From Candidatus Latescibacterota bacterium (lineage in GTDB: Bacteria > Latescibacterota > UBA2968 > GCA-2709665), in assembly GCA_965208835.1 (NCBI GenBank), contig OZ242358.1, forward strand, positions 64,001-128,000: DNA of 64,000 nt, given 5' to 3'. The translations under genes and the position numbers were made by a program. Shown here piece by piece: positions 41,072 to 50,843 of this stretch; the stretch's first letter is position 1, and every line of letters begins with the position of its first letter. The notes under the pieces are model-generated. The model worked only from the letters and a program-made list of their open reading frames with translations, made no database searches and was not told where the DNA came from.

Positions 41072-43507
41072 TTAAGTCTCCAGCGCCGCAATTAGCTCCT
41101 GTGTGTCGAAGTTCAAGAGAAACTGCGCGTAAAATGTCTGGAAAAGGTCGCCGATGTAATCAGTTATTTCAACATGATGTTGATCTTCCCCATTAGCTTG
41201 CGTTACACCATACTTCCTATTCTTTGTGATCGTGTATAGGAACAGTGTGTGAAAGTACACAGCGGATACGTAACGTTTCTCGGCCACTTCGATAGTTTCC
41301 TCATTTTGCAATTTCGATCTATGCGAAAGCCAAACGCTACTATCCATGTTGATATACAAATCGCTTAGAGATTCCTCCGTGACTAGCGGATAGACAACTA
41401 CGTTGTGATCCATCGAAATCCCATTCTCTTCGAGCTGCTCCCACGTAATGCCATTGTTATGGCTTTCCTTGTAGATCATGTGCAGTTTGGGTAATCCAAG
41501 CCGATTATCCGGCTGTTCTCCCTTGTTTTGTTCTTTTGGCGTTTTAGTCGGCTCTGAAATCTTCACCATAAAAATCTGATCCAATGGACCACCGGGACTA
41601 GAGAGAGATGCGTGAAGCTTCACGGCATCGCCAACCTTAACTTCCATTGTAGGTTTAATGTTCACCTTGATGGTACCATTGTGCGGACTCGACTTTGTGA
41701 CGTTCAGGACTGTATCCACTGCCCCAGGCAGGCCGGGTCTATCGCCTCCCTCCTCGTCGTTGGGCGCTAAACCTAGCAGTCCTATGTGTAGTTCGCCGGG
41801 GTCGTCTACGCGATCAAAGTACTGGTCCTCAACATCGGTCGAAAAGCTTACCGTTCGTGAGCCACCCATTGGCAAACTGACCATTGGAATCTCTTCTAGG
41901 TTACGGGAGTTGACATCAAGACTGAACACGCTTGGATATCTCTGAGGAGAGAATGCGGGGGATTCGTTCGGTTTCTTTTGCCGCATCTTGCGTGCTTTTT
42001 CGTTTCTGCGTCCACTACGTTTGTCATGAAGCTTAAAGGATTGGCCAAGTAGCTCCGCTAACTCATTGCGAATAGGGAGATTTCGAGTAATGTTGCGTAC
42101 TAGATCTTCCGCATCCTTACTCTCGACAGTTATCGACGCTTTACGCCTTTTATGGATATCCTTCAACCGGCCATCCGCCAATAGTTGGGAAAGTCGCTGT
42201 CGGAGCTTTCTCGACTCATCTCCATCCTTCAAACGGTCTCGAGATGCCATGAATAGTTCATTTCGGCATTCTGTGCGGACCTCGGTGCAATCTACGTGAA
42301 CGAGTAGGTAGTCCTTCAGAAGAGGTAATTTGAGTGATCGTGTGATAAATTCCGAGGTATAATGCCCGTGAACCTGTCCGTGCACGGAGAAGAGAATCGA
42401 CATATTGTTCTTGAAAAACTCTCGCCGAATGGTCTCTCTAGTCTCCTTTACTGGCCGGTCGCCAACGCGCGCTTTAAAGACGTAGCATTTTACCCTAATG
42501 CGTCCAATATCCGCGTCCTCTATCTCTTCGGAAAAGCTCTGGTCAACGTATCGACTGTCGTCCTCCTCAAGGCGTCGCTTTAGCCCATAGAGGTGGCGCT
42601 GGAGATTACGGTCTTTGGGATAGCGCTCGGGCTTATCGATTGTAAACACCGGCAGCGCTGGATCGAATAGATACTCATTGATGCTCTGGTTCAGATCACG
42701 TGAAATAACCGAACGCGACCTACCGGGCAGATCGTACGAGTAGAGCTTGATAACAGTGCCCGTGATAAATCGCCGATCATAAAGCCCGAGGTCGAGGCTC
42801 TCGCACGTGAACGAAGGTATCTGATGGTCGACGATGAGGTACTCGTACCAAGTCGCCTTCTTTCTCTTTTCCTCTTCGGCGGTGAGAGGATGTCTACGAA
42901 CCAACGTGAAGCCAAGTGCTCCACGGCATGCGTCGAAACGCTTGGAGGCGATCAGCTGATAGCGTCGCCGACCGCAAAAAGCGACGGCACCGGCGCCGCC
43001 CATATTGTATTTGCCTTGGACAAAGTGAATATCATTCTTGTTGCCGCGCAATAGCGACAGAAACGTGTCCTCGAAATTCTCGGGTGCTTGGCCTTCGCCG
43101 TCATCGTAGATGATCAGCGAAGTTTCTCCCCGAGGTCCATCTGCCAGTATTTGCAATTTCTTCGCTTGCTCACGGCGCGCTTTGGCCAAGTCCCAGTTCT
43201 TGTGATTGGGAAAGAGCTGCCTTAGAGCATCGTCAATCGACCTTGGTGCCCTGTCTGACCGCGGATCGATACCGTGCTCATGGCATGCACGCATTAGGAT
43301 AGCGTCGATACCGTTGGTGATCTTTTCTATCAATGCAGGAATCGGCGAAGCTTGCTGATTTTCCACGACGCCAAAGTTGCTTTCGTTTTGGCCATATGGA
43401 CGCCAATTTACCGGACTATCAAGAAGCGAGTAGCCGTCGAGTGCTTTTTCGACGTCGTTCTCCACCTGTGCCTTGTAGAGTTTCCAAAAAAGGCCTTCAA
43501 GGTCCAT
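41072..43507 (-). CDS. GHKL (HATPase/MORC-like) ATPase, 811 aa
   Basis: Bergerat-fold motifs EKITNGIDA, YDDGEG, GKYNMGG, distal GT. Confidence 0.7.
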   Translation of the reverse strand: MDLEGLFWKLYKAQVENDVEKALDGYSLLDSPVNWRPYGQNESNFGVVENQQASPIPALIEKITNGIDAILMRACHEHGIDPRSDRAPRSIDDALRQLFPNHKNWDLAKARREQAKKLQILADGPRGETSLIIYDDGEGQAPENFEDTFLSLLRGNKNDIHFVQGKYNMGGAGAVAFCGRRRYQLIASKRFDACRGALGFTLVRRHPLTAEEEKRKKATWYEYLIVDHQIPSFTCESLDLGLYDRRFITGTVIKLYSYDLPGRSRSVISRDLNQSINEYLFDPALPVFTIDKPERYPKDRNLQRHLYGLKRRLEEDDSRYVDQSFSEEIEDADIGRIRVKCYVFKARVGDRPVKETRETIRREFFKNNMSILFSVHGQVHGHYTSEFITRSLKLPLLKDYLLVHVDCTEVRTECRNELFMASRDRLKDGDESRKLRQRLSQLLADGRLKDIHKRRKASITVESKDAEDLVRNITRNLPIRNELAELLGQSFKLHDKRSGRRNEKARKMRQKKPNESPAFSPQRYPSVFSLDVNSRNLEEIPMVSLPMGGSRTVSFSTDVEDQYFDRVDDPGELHIGLLGLAPNDEEGGDRPGLPGAVDTVLNVTKSSPHNGTIKVNIKPTMEVKVGDAVKLHASLSSPGGPLDQIFMVKISEPTKTPKEQNKGEQPDNRLGLPKLHMIYKESHNNGITWEQLEENGISMDHNVVVYPLVTEESLSDLYINMDSSVWLSHRSKLQNEETIEVAEKRYVSAVYFHTLFLYTITKNRKYGVTQANGEDQHHVEITDYIGDLFQTFYAQFLLNFDTQELIAALET

Positions 43508-43685
43508 AAAAGTACCTGATTTCGTAGGTGGACAATCTGCTCGTCTGGAATTACAGATCAGAAAAACTCGAGCCGGTAATCTCTAACCGTACCGTCCGGT
43601 GTGAATCAGCGACAGTACGTCGAACCCTTCTCTATCCTGAAACTCTCTTGCAGAACTTGGGCCTCACACCCGTTCGTTTCTCTGT

Positions 43686-44942
43686 TCATACCACCATCTC
43701 AGGCAGTATTAACGACTGATTACCGGTATCTTTGCGATACCGTTCCAAAAGTTCATTTTCGGTGAATTTCGACCTGCCAATCATATTTAGTAGAATTTCC
43801 CTCAATGTGACTTTATTGGAATTCAGGATCGCCCTTCTGCTTGGATCCCACATAAGACCTTTGTAGGGAGCCATGTTCAGGTTCCTTGGTAACTTGGCGG
43901 CCTGACGCACTGCCGCCGCGAAGGCCATGTCGCTTGTTAAGTTCGCTATGATCCTTAGGAAGATTTCCAATCCAATGGGTCGGAATAAAGCGTTGCCGCC
44001 ATGGCTTCCGCGATGTGCGCTCACCACCGATTCCGTATTCTTTGCAGCGAAGAACCCATTCAATTCGTCGAATTCTGTCCTTAGCCGAATAAACAGCTCG
44101 TTCGCATACTCGAAATACTCGTCCAATTTCGTGCGATCAGGACGTTTATTCTGCAGTTTGGACTTCGTGGTTTTCAGGGTCGTTTTAGTATCGGTAAACA
44201 AGATGGTCAAAAGGTCGTACAAGTTGCCGACGGTTGTCAGGCTAGTGGTATTTGAAACTGGCATATTGTTACTTGCCACAAATGCTAACCGGTCTCCACG
44301 AAACAAATCGGTCTCTTCAATCAGCCGACGAACACAGATAGCCATCACATCATCCTCGTCCAACGCAATGATGTCGCCTTTAGATACAGGTTTAGCAGTC
44401 TTGTTTAGGGTCGTAAAGAGCCTTCTTGTCCGCTCGAGGCCATTCTCCACGTTGTGAGCCACGATGATAACAGAAACTACATCGTAAGAGTCGTGCGCCA
44501 GTCCATCTTCGAGGGCTTTCTTGATACCTGCCAGCCGGTGTTGCCCGTCTAGCGCGAAAAGCTTCTCGTCTCCCGTTAGACTCAGAAATCCGACCGAAGC
44601 AACAGTTTCGTCAGCCAAGCCTTGGAGCTGATCGCTTTGCGTCATATTCCGAACATACGATAGTGCGTACCAGTTTGGCTGTCCACCGTATGTCGCAATG
44701 ACAAGAGAATTGAAAAACCGCTCAGGCTGCGTCTTGAGATACTCCGCAATCTGTACACTTCGGCCCCTTTTAAGTTGTCGTTGAATCATCTCGGAAAGCT
44801 TCTTACTCATATGTATGTCTTCTGCATAACGGACTCTTGAACTCAATTCTCTTATGTCCATGAGACAGGAGTAGTATACCCAATCACCCATCACACCTCG
44901 AAGGGCCGGTAGTACAAGCTCCCGCACTTGTCTCGTTGTCAC
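43686..44942 (-). CDS. DGQHR-domain (DndB-like) protein
   Basis: MIQRQL, FFNSLV, ALDGQHRL, F..LNKTAKPV. Confidence 0.85.
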   Translation of the reverse strand: MTTRQVRELVLPALRGVMGDWVYYSCLMDIRELSSRVRYAEDIHMSKKLSEMIQRQLKRGRSVQIAEYLKTQPERFFNSLVIATYGGQPNWYALSYVRNMTQSDQLQGLADETVASVGFLSLTGDEKLFALDGQHRLAGIKKALEDGLAHDSYDVVSVIIVAHNVENGLERTRRLFTTLNKTAKPVSKGDIIALDEDDVMAICVRRLIEETDLFRGDRLAFVASNNMPVSNTTSLTTVGNLYDLLTILFTDTKTTLKTTKSKLQNKRPDRTKLDEYFEYANELFIRLRTEFDELNGFFAAKNTESVVSAHRGSHGGNALFRPIGLEIFLRIIANLTSDMAFAAAVRQAAKLPRNLNMAPYKGLMWDPSRRAILNSNKVTLREILLNMIGRSKFTENELLERYRKDTGNQSLILPEMVV

Positions 44943-45460
44943 GGAAATGCCCTCTTCATGAACCTCACGTCTGCCGCAAGATCACCTACGGAAAACGGCG
45001 GCATCAGTGAATTAATGAGTTGCTTTTCAATCGTTAATAACTGATCTGAGGAAACGCCTTCATCCACGGGAGCGAAGAAAAACCGCAAGACTTCGCTCCA
45101 TGTGCCGATCATAGCGGAAATTCCAGGGCGTCGTCTAATTCTGCTTGGATAGAGGTAGTCCTTGTAACGTTCTCTAAGAGGACGCTGCGAATTCCGCCCT
45201 GCCACTCCTATGTAGAGGATGTACCCGTGCGGCGGCAGCACTCCGCTTAGTTGACAGACTGCAAAGGCATAAACACCTCGTTTGTCGTTAGGGACTTTCT
45301 CTATCTCTGTCGAACCGTAACTGATTGAGTCCCACACTAGGGAACGAGTACCTCGCCCGCTCGCCTTCATTTTCTCAGGAGACAACGTAAACTCAATCTC
45401 GTACTTGCGTAATTCTTGAGTCACCTTGTCGGCGAAATCTTTCAAGGGATCGAGTTTCAA
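44939..45460 (-). CDS. Small GIY-YIG-like nuclease
   Basis: RGVYAF...LYIG...LRERY...EKQLI; GTGA overlap with the DGQHR gene. Confidence 0.65.
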   Translation of the reverse strand: MKLDPLKDFADKVTQELRKYEIEFTLSPEKMKASGRGTRSLVWDSISYGSTEIEKVPNDKRGVYAFAVCQLSGVLPPHGYILYIGVAGRNSQRPLRERYKDYLYPSRIRRRPGISAMIGTWSEVLRFFFAPVDEGVSSDQLLTIEKQLINSLMPPFSVGDLAADVRFMKRAFP

Positions 45461-45479
45461 TCGTTTGTACCCTTGGGAT

Positions 45480-46322
45480 TTACTTGTGACATGCTAGACA
45501 GACCTTCGCTTTGCCGTACAGGTCATCAATATCGATTGGTTCAACATCTGGCCGAAGCGGATTCACCTGACGCTTGTTACGCATTTTTTCGAGACGTCTA
45601 GAATGTTCGGCCTCGATTTGCGCAATGCGCTCGGGTTTCGCGAGATCGTTGAGCGATTCACCCTGGCTCCACGTGAAGGGCGATCCGTGATCGATGGCGT
45701 TCTTTTCGTAGCGCTTGGCTTCCTCAAAGTACTCGGGGTGACGATCCATCAACCGTACCCATTCGATTTTCTGCTGAAAGAAACAGAAGGTGCATCCACT
45801 GCGCGTCCGCCACTCGTAATATCTCGGCAGCCCCAGTCCCGCCCCCTCCAAAATCTCTAACACACCGGATTTGTCAATCCCGTCATCCTTTAGCGGGAGC
45901 TTCACTACAAGATTGTCGCGTTTTGAGGTGTAGCCTTCCCGGTACTCCTCGTCCGCGCGGATGGCCACGTAGCTATATACCGTAACGCCACTATCTAGGA
46001 TTGGACGTATCCACCGCTCGAAAGGCCGCAGCTTGAGTTGCCGCGTGCACCAGCGGCTTTGCGCCGACGGTAGAAAATTGTTGTATTGCTTTAGCCAGAA
46101 GTCGAAATCGCGATCCGGATTCAGCCGCTCGATCGGCTTACCCAAGAATCCTTCTAGTTTTACCAGAAACTCATAAACTTCCGGTAATTCCTTGCCAGTA
46201 TCGGTAAAGAAGTAGCCGATGTCAAGTTCGGGATAGTTTTGACGCATGTATACGGCAAGCGCGGCGCTGTCTCGACCACCCGAGAGCCCCAAAACGTGTT
46301 TTTCGTTTCCGTTGTTATTCAC
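45480..46322 (-). CDS. sspD: SspD-like PAPS reductase-family / PP-loop protein
   Basis: SGGRDS PP-loop, DTGKE, RWCT, RSGCTFCF, terminal CLACHK. Confidence 0.85.
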   Translation of the reverse strand: MNNNGNEKHVLGLSGGRDSAALAVYMRQNYPELDIGYFFTDTGKELPEVYEFLVKLEGFLGKPIERLNPDRDFDFWLKQYNNFLPSAQSRWCTRQLKLRPFERWIRPILDSGVTVYSYVAIRADEEYREGYTSKRDNLVVKLPLKDDGIDKSGVLEILEGAGLGLPRYYEWRTRSGCTFCFFQQKIEWVRLMDRHPEYFEEAKRYEKNAIDHGSPFTWSQGESLNDLAKPERIAQIEAEHSRRLEKMRNKRQVNPLRPDVEPIDIDDLYGKAKVCLACHK

Positions 46323-49300
46323 GTGTTGGATCTCCTCTGACTCGACTGCGGCGAATTTCCGGAATCCAGATATCGAGCACTTAACTCGGCTAGGGCGGCG
46401 AGAATTACGTTGTGTCTTTCATGGCCGTTGCCTCTCAATGTTCCGTCTAATCGTTCAATCAACTCTTTTACTGCGGATTGATCCCCGTCGGTAATCTCGA
46501 ACTCGTTATGGACCAGATTTGGCTGCCCTTCCATACCGACAACGACTGCCATTGCGTGCCTCTTGTCCTTCCGGCCCTTGACGCGAGCGAACGCTTCTGC
46601 GCGTATGAACCGCTGGGCTAGAGCGGCAAGCTCGACCGACGCCCGATCGATGTCCGCATCAACCCAATCTCGAGGTGGTTTGTTGACGGCCATGCCTGCC
46701 AAACCCTCCACGTCCTCTTCTGTGCCTTCAAACTGCGCTACGCGAACGACAAAGGCCTCAAGGCGATGATCCCCGCCGAGGTCGCGGATGTTCGCCGAAC
46801 GGTCACGCAACTCTGCCAGCATCGAAGTCGAGTCGTTGGGAACTTGCAACTCCGCAAGCAACATCTCGCGAATCCGATTCAGCATTGTGGGAAATGCTTG
46901 GCATAACTCAGTCAAGCCTATTCGAATTCGGTCAGCAATCTTGTCTGTGGCTATCTCTGTTGGTATAACTGAAGAATCATCTAACACCTGCGGTAAATCG
47001 TCAAAGATCAGTCGATTCGGGTCGTTGGCCTGCTTCAGAAGCTGTCGTATACGCTTGGCGTTAGACGACAGACGCTGCGTCCGACCGACCCAGGGCGGCA
47101 GCTGGTCATAGATCGCCACGAGCCCTCTTGCGACGTCAATCGGTTCCAGGTTCGGCAAGGTGTTCGCTGCATCCAGATCGCGTACGATATCTGCCATATC
47201 TGCAAGCAGCCGACGCGAAACCGCTGACAGATCCATCCATCTCACCTGGATGTCAGCCGGGTTTTTAGCTAATACCTCCGCGTCCAGATCTGTAAAATAG
47301 GCTTGGAATATCCCCTGTCTGTAGAACGCGAGGACGTCGCGTTTTGAAAGTGCGAATGCCAGGGTTAAAATTGGCAGCAATCCGTCCTTTATGCCGAACG
47401 GAGCTTGTCGCCAAAGATCGTAGATCTCCGCAATCGATACTGATCTGTGGGATTCGGCTTCCAGGAACTCTGTCGCAGCCTCCCAAGCAGGGACGAGGTT
47501 GCATGGATCATCGCCATGGTCAGGCGGTGTAAAACGCAACCCATCTGGCGTACTCTGGTACAGTCCGCTTGCATTAAGTAGAGAGGCGAACAAGCCGCCT
47601 TCTGCGGGAAAATCCTCGATACCCAACCGCGGCCTGCCTTCGTATAGCGCCATCCGACGAAGCAAGGAATTTTGCGCAGCGATTGCGTTACTGGAGGGTC
47701 TGATTCGGTTTAATAACTCATTGTTGAGTTTTGGTGCCTTTTTGAATCTTTCGTCTGCGAAATCTGAAACGAGACTGTTTATTTCAGCATGGTCGAGCCG
47801 CTTTGACCGAAGTTCCTTTCCCTGCCATAGGGCATTCTCGAAAGCTCGGTCCAGTTCAACTTCGATTTTGCTTTGCAGGTCCGCGATGCTATCCTCAACT
47901 TCGCGCCGCCCAACACGGTCCCCCCGAAGCTCGGGCGTATTATCCCGGACATGCTCTAGGGCAAGCAACTCTCGCGCAAGAGTCGTAATTGTCCACGTCG
48001 ATCGCCGGGGGACGCCCACGATGACATCGCCGTCCTCTCCTCCCTTAACCGTACGTTCCGCAATTCGTTCGACAGTTTCGGGAGATTCGCCCGGTGTGGG
48101 TAGCGCGAGAAAGAATGATCCCATTGCGCCGTTACTAATATCACGCGTTTCCGCAACGTCCTCTAGGTCACGCAACGGAACGACAGTTGTGTCGAACCAT
48201 CGTATCGCACCGGTTTCGTGGTAATGTCGCTTGGCAATCACGGGCTGAAGCCCGGCGAGATCCGAAAGGCGGATGTGGTCAATCCGGTCTATCTCTCCAA
48301 ACGCATTATCTACGGCCCGCCTGATATCAAAGTCGCTTCCCTCGAAGATGCTGTATCCATTGCTGAATTTTCTGTGGATCACCAGCGAGGAGTCCTTCAG
48401 TTTACTCAGCGCCATCTGAATGGCTGTAGTACGTTGGTCACGAAGGGCTAGAACCAAGAGTTCCAGACTCGGCACGAGACCCGATCGTTCTCGGAACAGA
48501 TCGACCAGGCCGATCGTCTTGAGCAAACGTAACTCAAGTTCATCACCGCCTGACCCGTGACTTCGTTCCAGGGCGTCAATTGCCATCGCCCAGCGGTGAC
48601 CGTCCGAAGAAGCCATAATGGAAGGTTCCAGGTTCGCCCGAAGGTAGTCCCAAAGCAGCTCCGGCATATACAAATCATGCTCAGTGGCGGTTATCAGGAA
48701 GTCCTGAAATCCGAACGGCTCTGTGGAGTTTAAAAAGCCAAAGATGCTACGCTGATTCTGGCCGAAACTCCGCCGTGAGATGGGTCCGAGCAAGCAAGCT
48801 ACGATTGGGTGCAACGGCCAACATCTTTGCAACACTTCAGACGTTTGCGTGTGATGGCCGAGTGCGGCGGCCTTCTTGAACAGTGGCGTATTCTTTTGAG
48901 GCACTTGATCGCTCTCTATCGCCCGTCCCAAGAGCTCTAATTGCTCGTCAGGTCCAACATTAATCGGCAGGTCTATGAATCGACCTTGAACCTTTGCCCA
49001 CTCGTCCCGCACCTCACGTGAGAGCCGGTTTGCATACTCTTCAAACGCCTGGTGCAGAATCCCCACGACAATCAGCCGATTGTTGCTTCGCGAGGCAATT
49101 TCCGCCAATTGTTGGAAAAAGTAGATGTCCGTGTCCTCGTACGCGGCGCCTTCCAGCAACTTCCCCATTTCGTCCAAGAAGACAACAAGCCCGCCAGACG
49201 TGCGGGGATTCCGTCGGGCGACCCTTAACAGGACGTCATAGACGGCCTCGTCGCTCCAGGGGCCAGCTGCGCCATTTCGTATAAAGCGGGCACGCTCAAT

Positions 49301-49693
49301 CGCCTCACCGACCACTTGGGCGGGTCTATCACGCCTCCCCACGACGGGCAGGATCCGCCAACCTTTGGCTTGGGGAGGCAAAGCAGTCCAGATCGCCTCG
49401 GCTGTTTGAAAACCGAGCATCCGGGCAGTCGAGTTTCTGAGCTCGGCGTCACCATTCAGCACCGCGCTCAGTGCAACCACGAGGCTCGACTTCCCAGAAC
49501 CATAGGGTCCCGTCCACGTAAATGCGGCCTGTTCGGTTTTCCGGACGTGCTGTGCCATCGTCTCAAGTACGAGAGCGGAGGACTGGGGACAGATGAAACC
49601 CGTGAGAGCCGCAGGATCGGAAAGGTCAGTGTCGATTCGGATTGACCTTCGGAAGCGGCGGCTAATCTGGACACGATCAGCCAATACTGTCAC
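46319..49693 (-). CDS. sspC: SspC-like P-loop ATPase (1124 aa)
   Basis: RSIRI.TD, GPYGSGKS, VFLDEMGK, WAKVQGRF, WPLHP, GQNQRSIFGFL. Confidence 0.85.
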   Translation of the reverse strand: MTVLADRVQISRRFRRSIRIDTDLSDPAALTGFICPQSSALVLETMAQHVRKTEQAAFTWTGPYGSGKSSLVVALSAVLNGDAELRNSTARMLGFQTAEAIWTALPPQAKGWRILPVVGRRDRPAQVVGEAIERARFIRNGAAGPWSDEAVYDVLLRVARRNPRTSGGLVVFLDEMGKLLEGAAYEDTDIYFFQQLAEIASRSNNRLIVVGILHQAFEEYANRLSREVRDEWAKVQGRFIDLPINVGPDEQLELLGRAIESDQVPQKNTPLFKKAAALGHHTQTSEVLQRCWPLHPIVACLLGPISRRSFGQNQRSIFGFLNSTEPFGFQDFLITATEHDLYMPELLWDYLRANLEPSIMASSDGHRWAMAIDALERSHGSGGDELELRLLKTIGLVDLFRERSGLVPSLELLVLALRDQRTTAIQMALSKLKDSSLVIHRKFSNGYSIFEGSDFDIRRAVDNAFGEIDRIDHIRLSDLAGLQPVIAKRHYHETGAIRWFDTTVVPLRDLEDVAETRDISNGAMGSFFLALPTPGESPETVERIAERTVKGGEDGDVIVGVPRRSTWTITTLARELLALEHVRDNTPELRGDRVGRREVEDSIADLQSKIEVELDRAFENALWQGKELRSKRLDHAEINSLVSDFADERFKKAPKLNNELLNRIRPSSNAIAAQNSLLRRMALYEGRPRLGIEDFPAEGGLFASLLNASGLYQSTPDGLRFTPPDHGDDPCNLVPAWEAATEFLEAESHRSVSIAEIYDLWRQAPFGIKDGLLPILTLAFALSKRDVLAFYRQGIFQAYFTDLDAEVLAKNPADIQVRWMDLSAVSRRLLADMADIVRDLDAANTLPNLEPIDVARGLVAIYDQLPPWVGRTQRLSSNAKRIRQLLKQANDPNRLIFDDLPQVLDDSSVIPTEIATDKIADRIRIGLTELCQAFPTMLNRIREMLLAELQVPNDSTSMLAELRDRSANIRDLGGDHRLEAFVVRVAQFEGTEEDVEGLAGMAVNKPPRDWVDADIDRASVELAALAQRFIRAEAFARVKGRKDKRHAMAVVVGMEGQPNLVHNEFEITDGDQSAVKELIERLDGTLRGNGHERHNVILAALAELSARYLDSGNSPQSSQRRSNT

Positions 49694-50655
49694 GCAACGT
49701 CCTCCTCGCGACCTGAACCATTATAATTCACCTTCAAGAGATTCAATTTTTCCTCGGTCGTAAGCTCGCGTTCCCTGATGAGCTGCTTCAACCCGGCAGT
49801 CTCTGACCACTGATAGATACCCTCAGTAACGGTCTCGAGCCGTCCTAAGAGGTCGACAAGATCATTTTCAGCCAGAAGAAAGACCCTGCCCGGCGACCCG
49901 GGTTCGTGCGACAGAGCTTCGAAGGACAGGGTGTTAGCGGTCTTTGAAATACCAGACCAAAAGTCGGTCACGGCATAGGCGAATACACCTGCACCAAGCG
50001 ACGGCTTTGGGCCACGCACGAATCTGAAGCCGTCACGTCGGCCAACCTGCTTGATCAGACCAAGTTCCGTAAGGGGCGATTCAAGGGCGTCTTCGTAGCT
50101 CGCCCGCCGCGACACTGGTTGTGCGACGTATGTGCGCACAAAGCAAGACACGTCGCGTCTGATTGTAGCCAGGGACGACCGTGCCCACCCTATTTCCTCG
50201 GTCAGATTTGCTACTCCGCGGGTTAGCTCATCGCGTTCGAACAAGAGGGCTGGGAAGTGATTAAATGCCCAGAACCACGTCGTTTTATCTTTCCGACCAC
50301 AAAGGCGCCAATGGATGAACCACGATGTCGCGGGGTTTTCCATATATTTGTCGAGACTTCTCTCACCGAATATCAAGTCGCCGATTTCTGTACATCGGAT
50401 ACGTCGTTCGCCAGTAACCTCTTCGATGACTCCGGAAGCAATGGCCCAATGGCGCATTGAAGCAACCATGTTCTTGCCGACCCCGAATCGCGCGATTGCA
50501 TCGTCTGCCGTGAATACCGACAGATTGTTCTCGTCTCCTTCGGTCTCCCGAACGGCATCACATGCCTTCTTGAGCCAACCATAACGGAGCGGAAACGTCT
50601 CGTGCCCAGACAGTTGCGGTTGGTAGCCTTCTTCGTATAGAGGACCTCGGCCCAT
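49690..50655 (-). CDS. sspB: SspB-like DUF4007 protein
   Basis: SGHETFPLRYGWLKK, FGVGKNMV.SMRHW, LESPLTELGL, ETAGL. Confidence 0.88.
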   Translation of the reverse strand: MGRGPLYEEGYQPQLSGHETFPLRYGWLKKACDAVRETEGDENNLSVFTADDAIARFGVGKNMVASMRHWAIASGVIEEVTGERRIRCTEIGDLIFGERSLDKYMENPATSWFIHWRLCGRKDKTTWFWAFNHFPALLFERDELTRGVANLTEEIGWARSSLATIRRDVSCFVRTYVAQPVSRRASYEDALESPLTELGLIKQVGRRDGFRFVRGPKPSLGAGVFAYAVTDFWSGISKTANTLSFEALSHEPGSPGRVFLLAENDLVDLLGRLETVTEGIYQWSETAGLKQLIRERELTTEEKLNLLKVNYNGSGREEDVA

Positions 50656-50683
50656 CGTCTCTCCTACTGGATGGAACGTCCAG

Positions 50684-50717
50684 CTTGACAATAGTCACAA
50701 AACTGAGTATTGTCAAG
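50684..50717. promoter_or_regulatory. Inverted repeat containing opposed TTGACA boxes between divergent sspB and sspA
   Basis: CTTGACAATAGTCA-CAAAAC-TGAGTATTGTCAAG (13 of 14 paired). Confidence 0.6.
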
Positions 50718-50843
50718 GTTGAACTGGCGGCAGGCTCCAGGAGCAACACGAAACAGAAAACAAATTCGGCAGAAATCGGAATAAGCATTTGTTTTTATTT
50801 GGGAAGACATCTCGATCGGAAAATCCTTTTCGCCGAACTTAAC

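Noticed and set aside
45480-50655. BREX type 4 interpretation of the DUF4007 + ATPase + PAPS reductase genes
   Set aside because: No PglZ or BrxL is recognisable, and the separate DUF4007, ATPase and PAPS reductase genes plus a desulfurase fit SspABCD.
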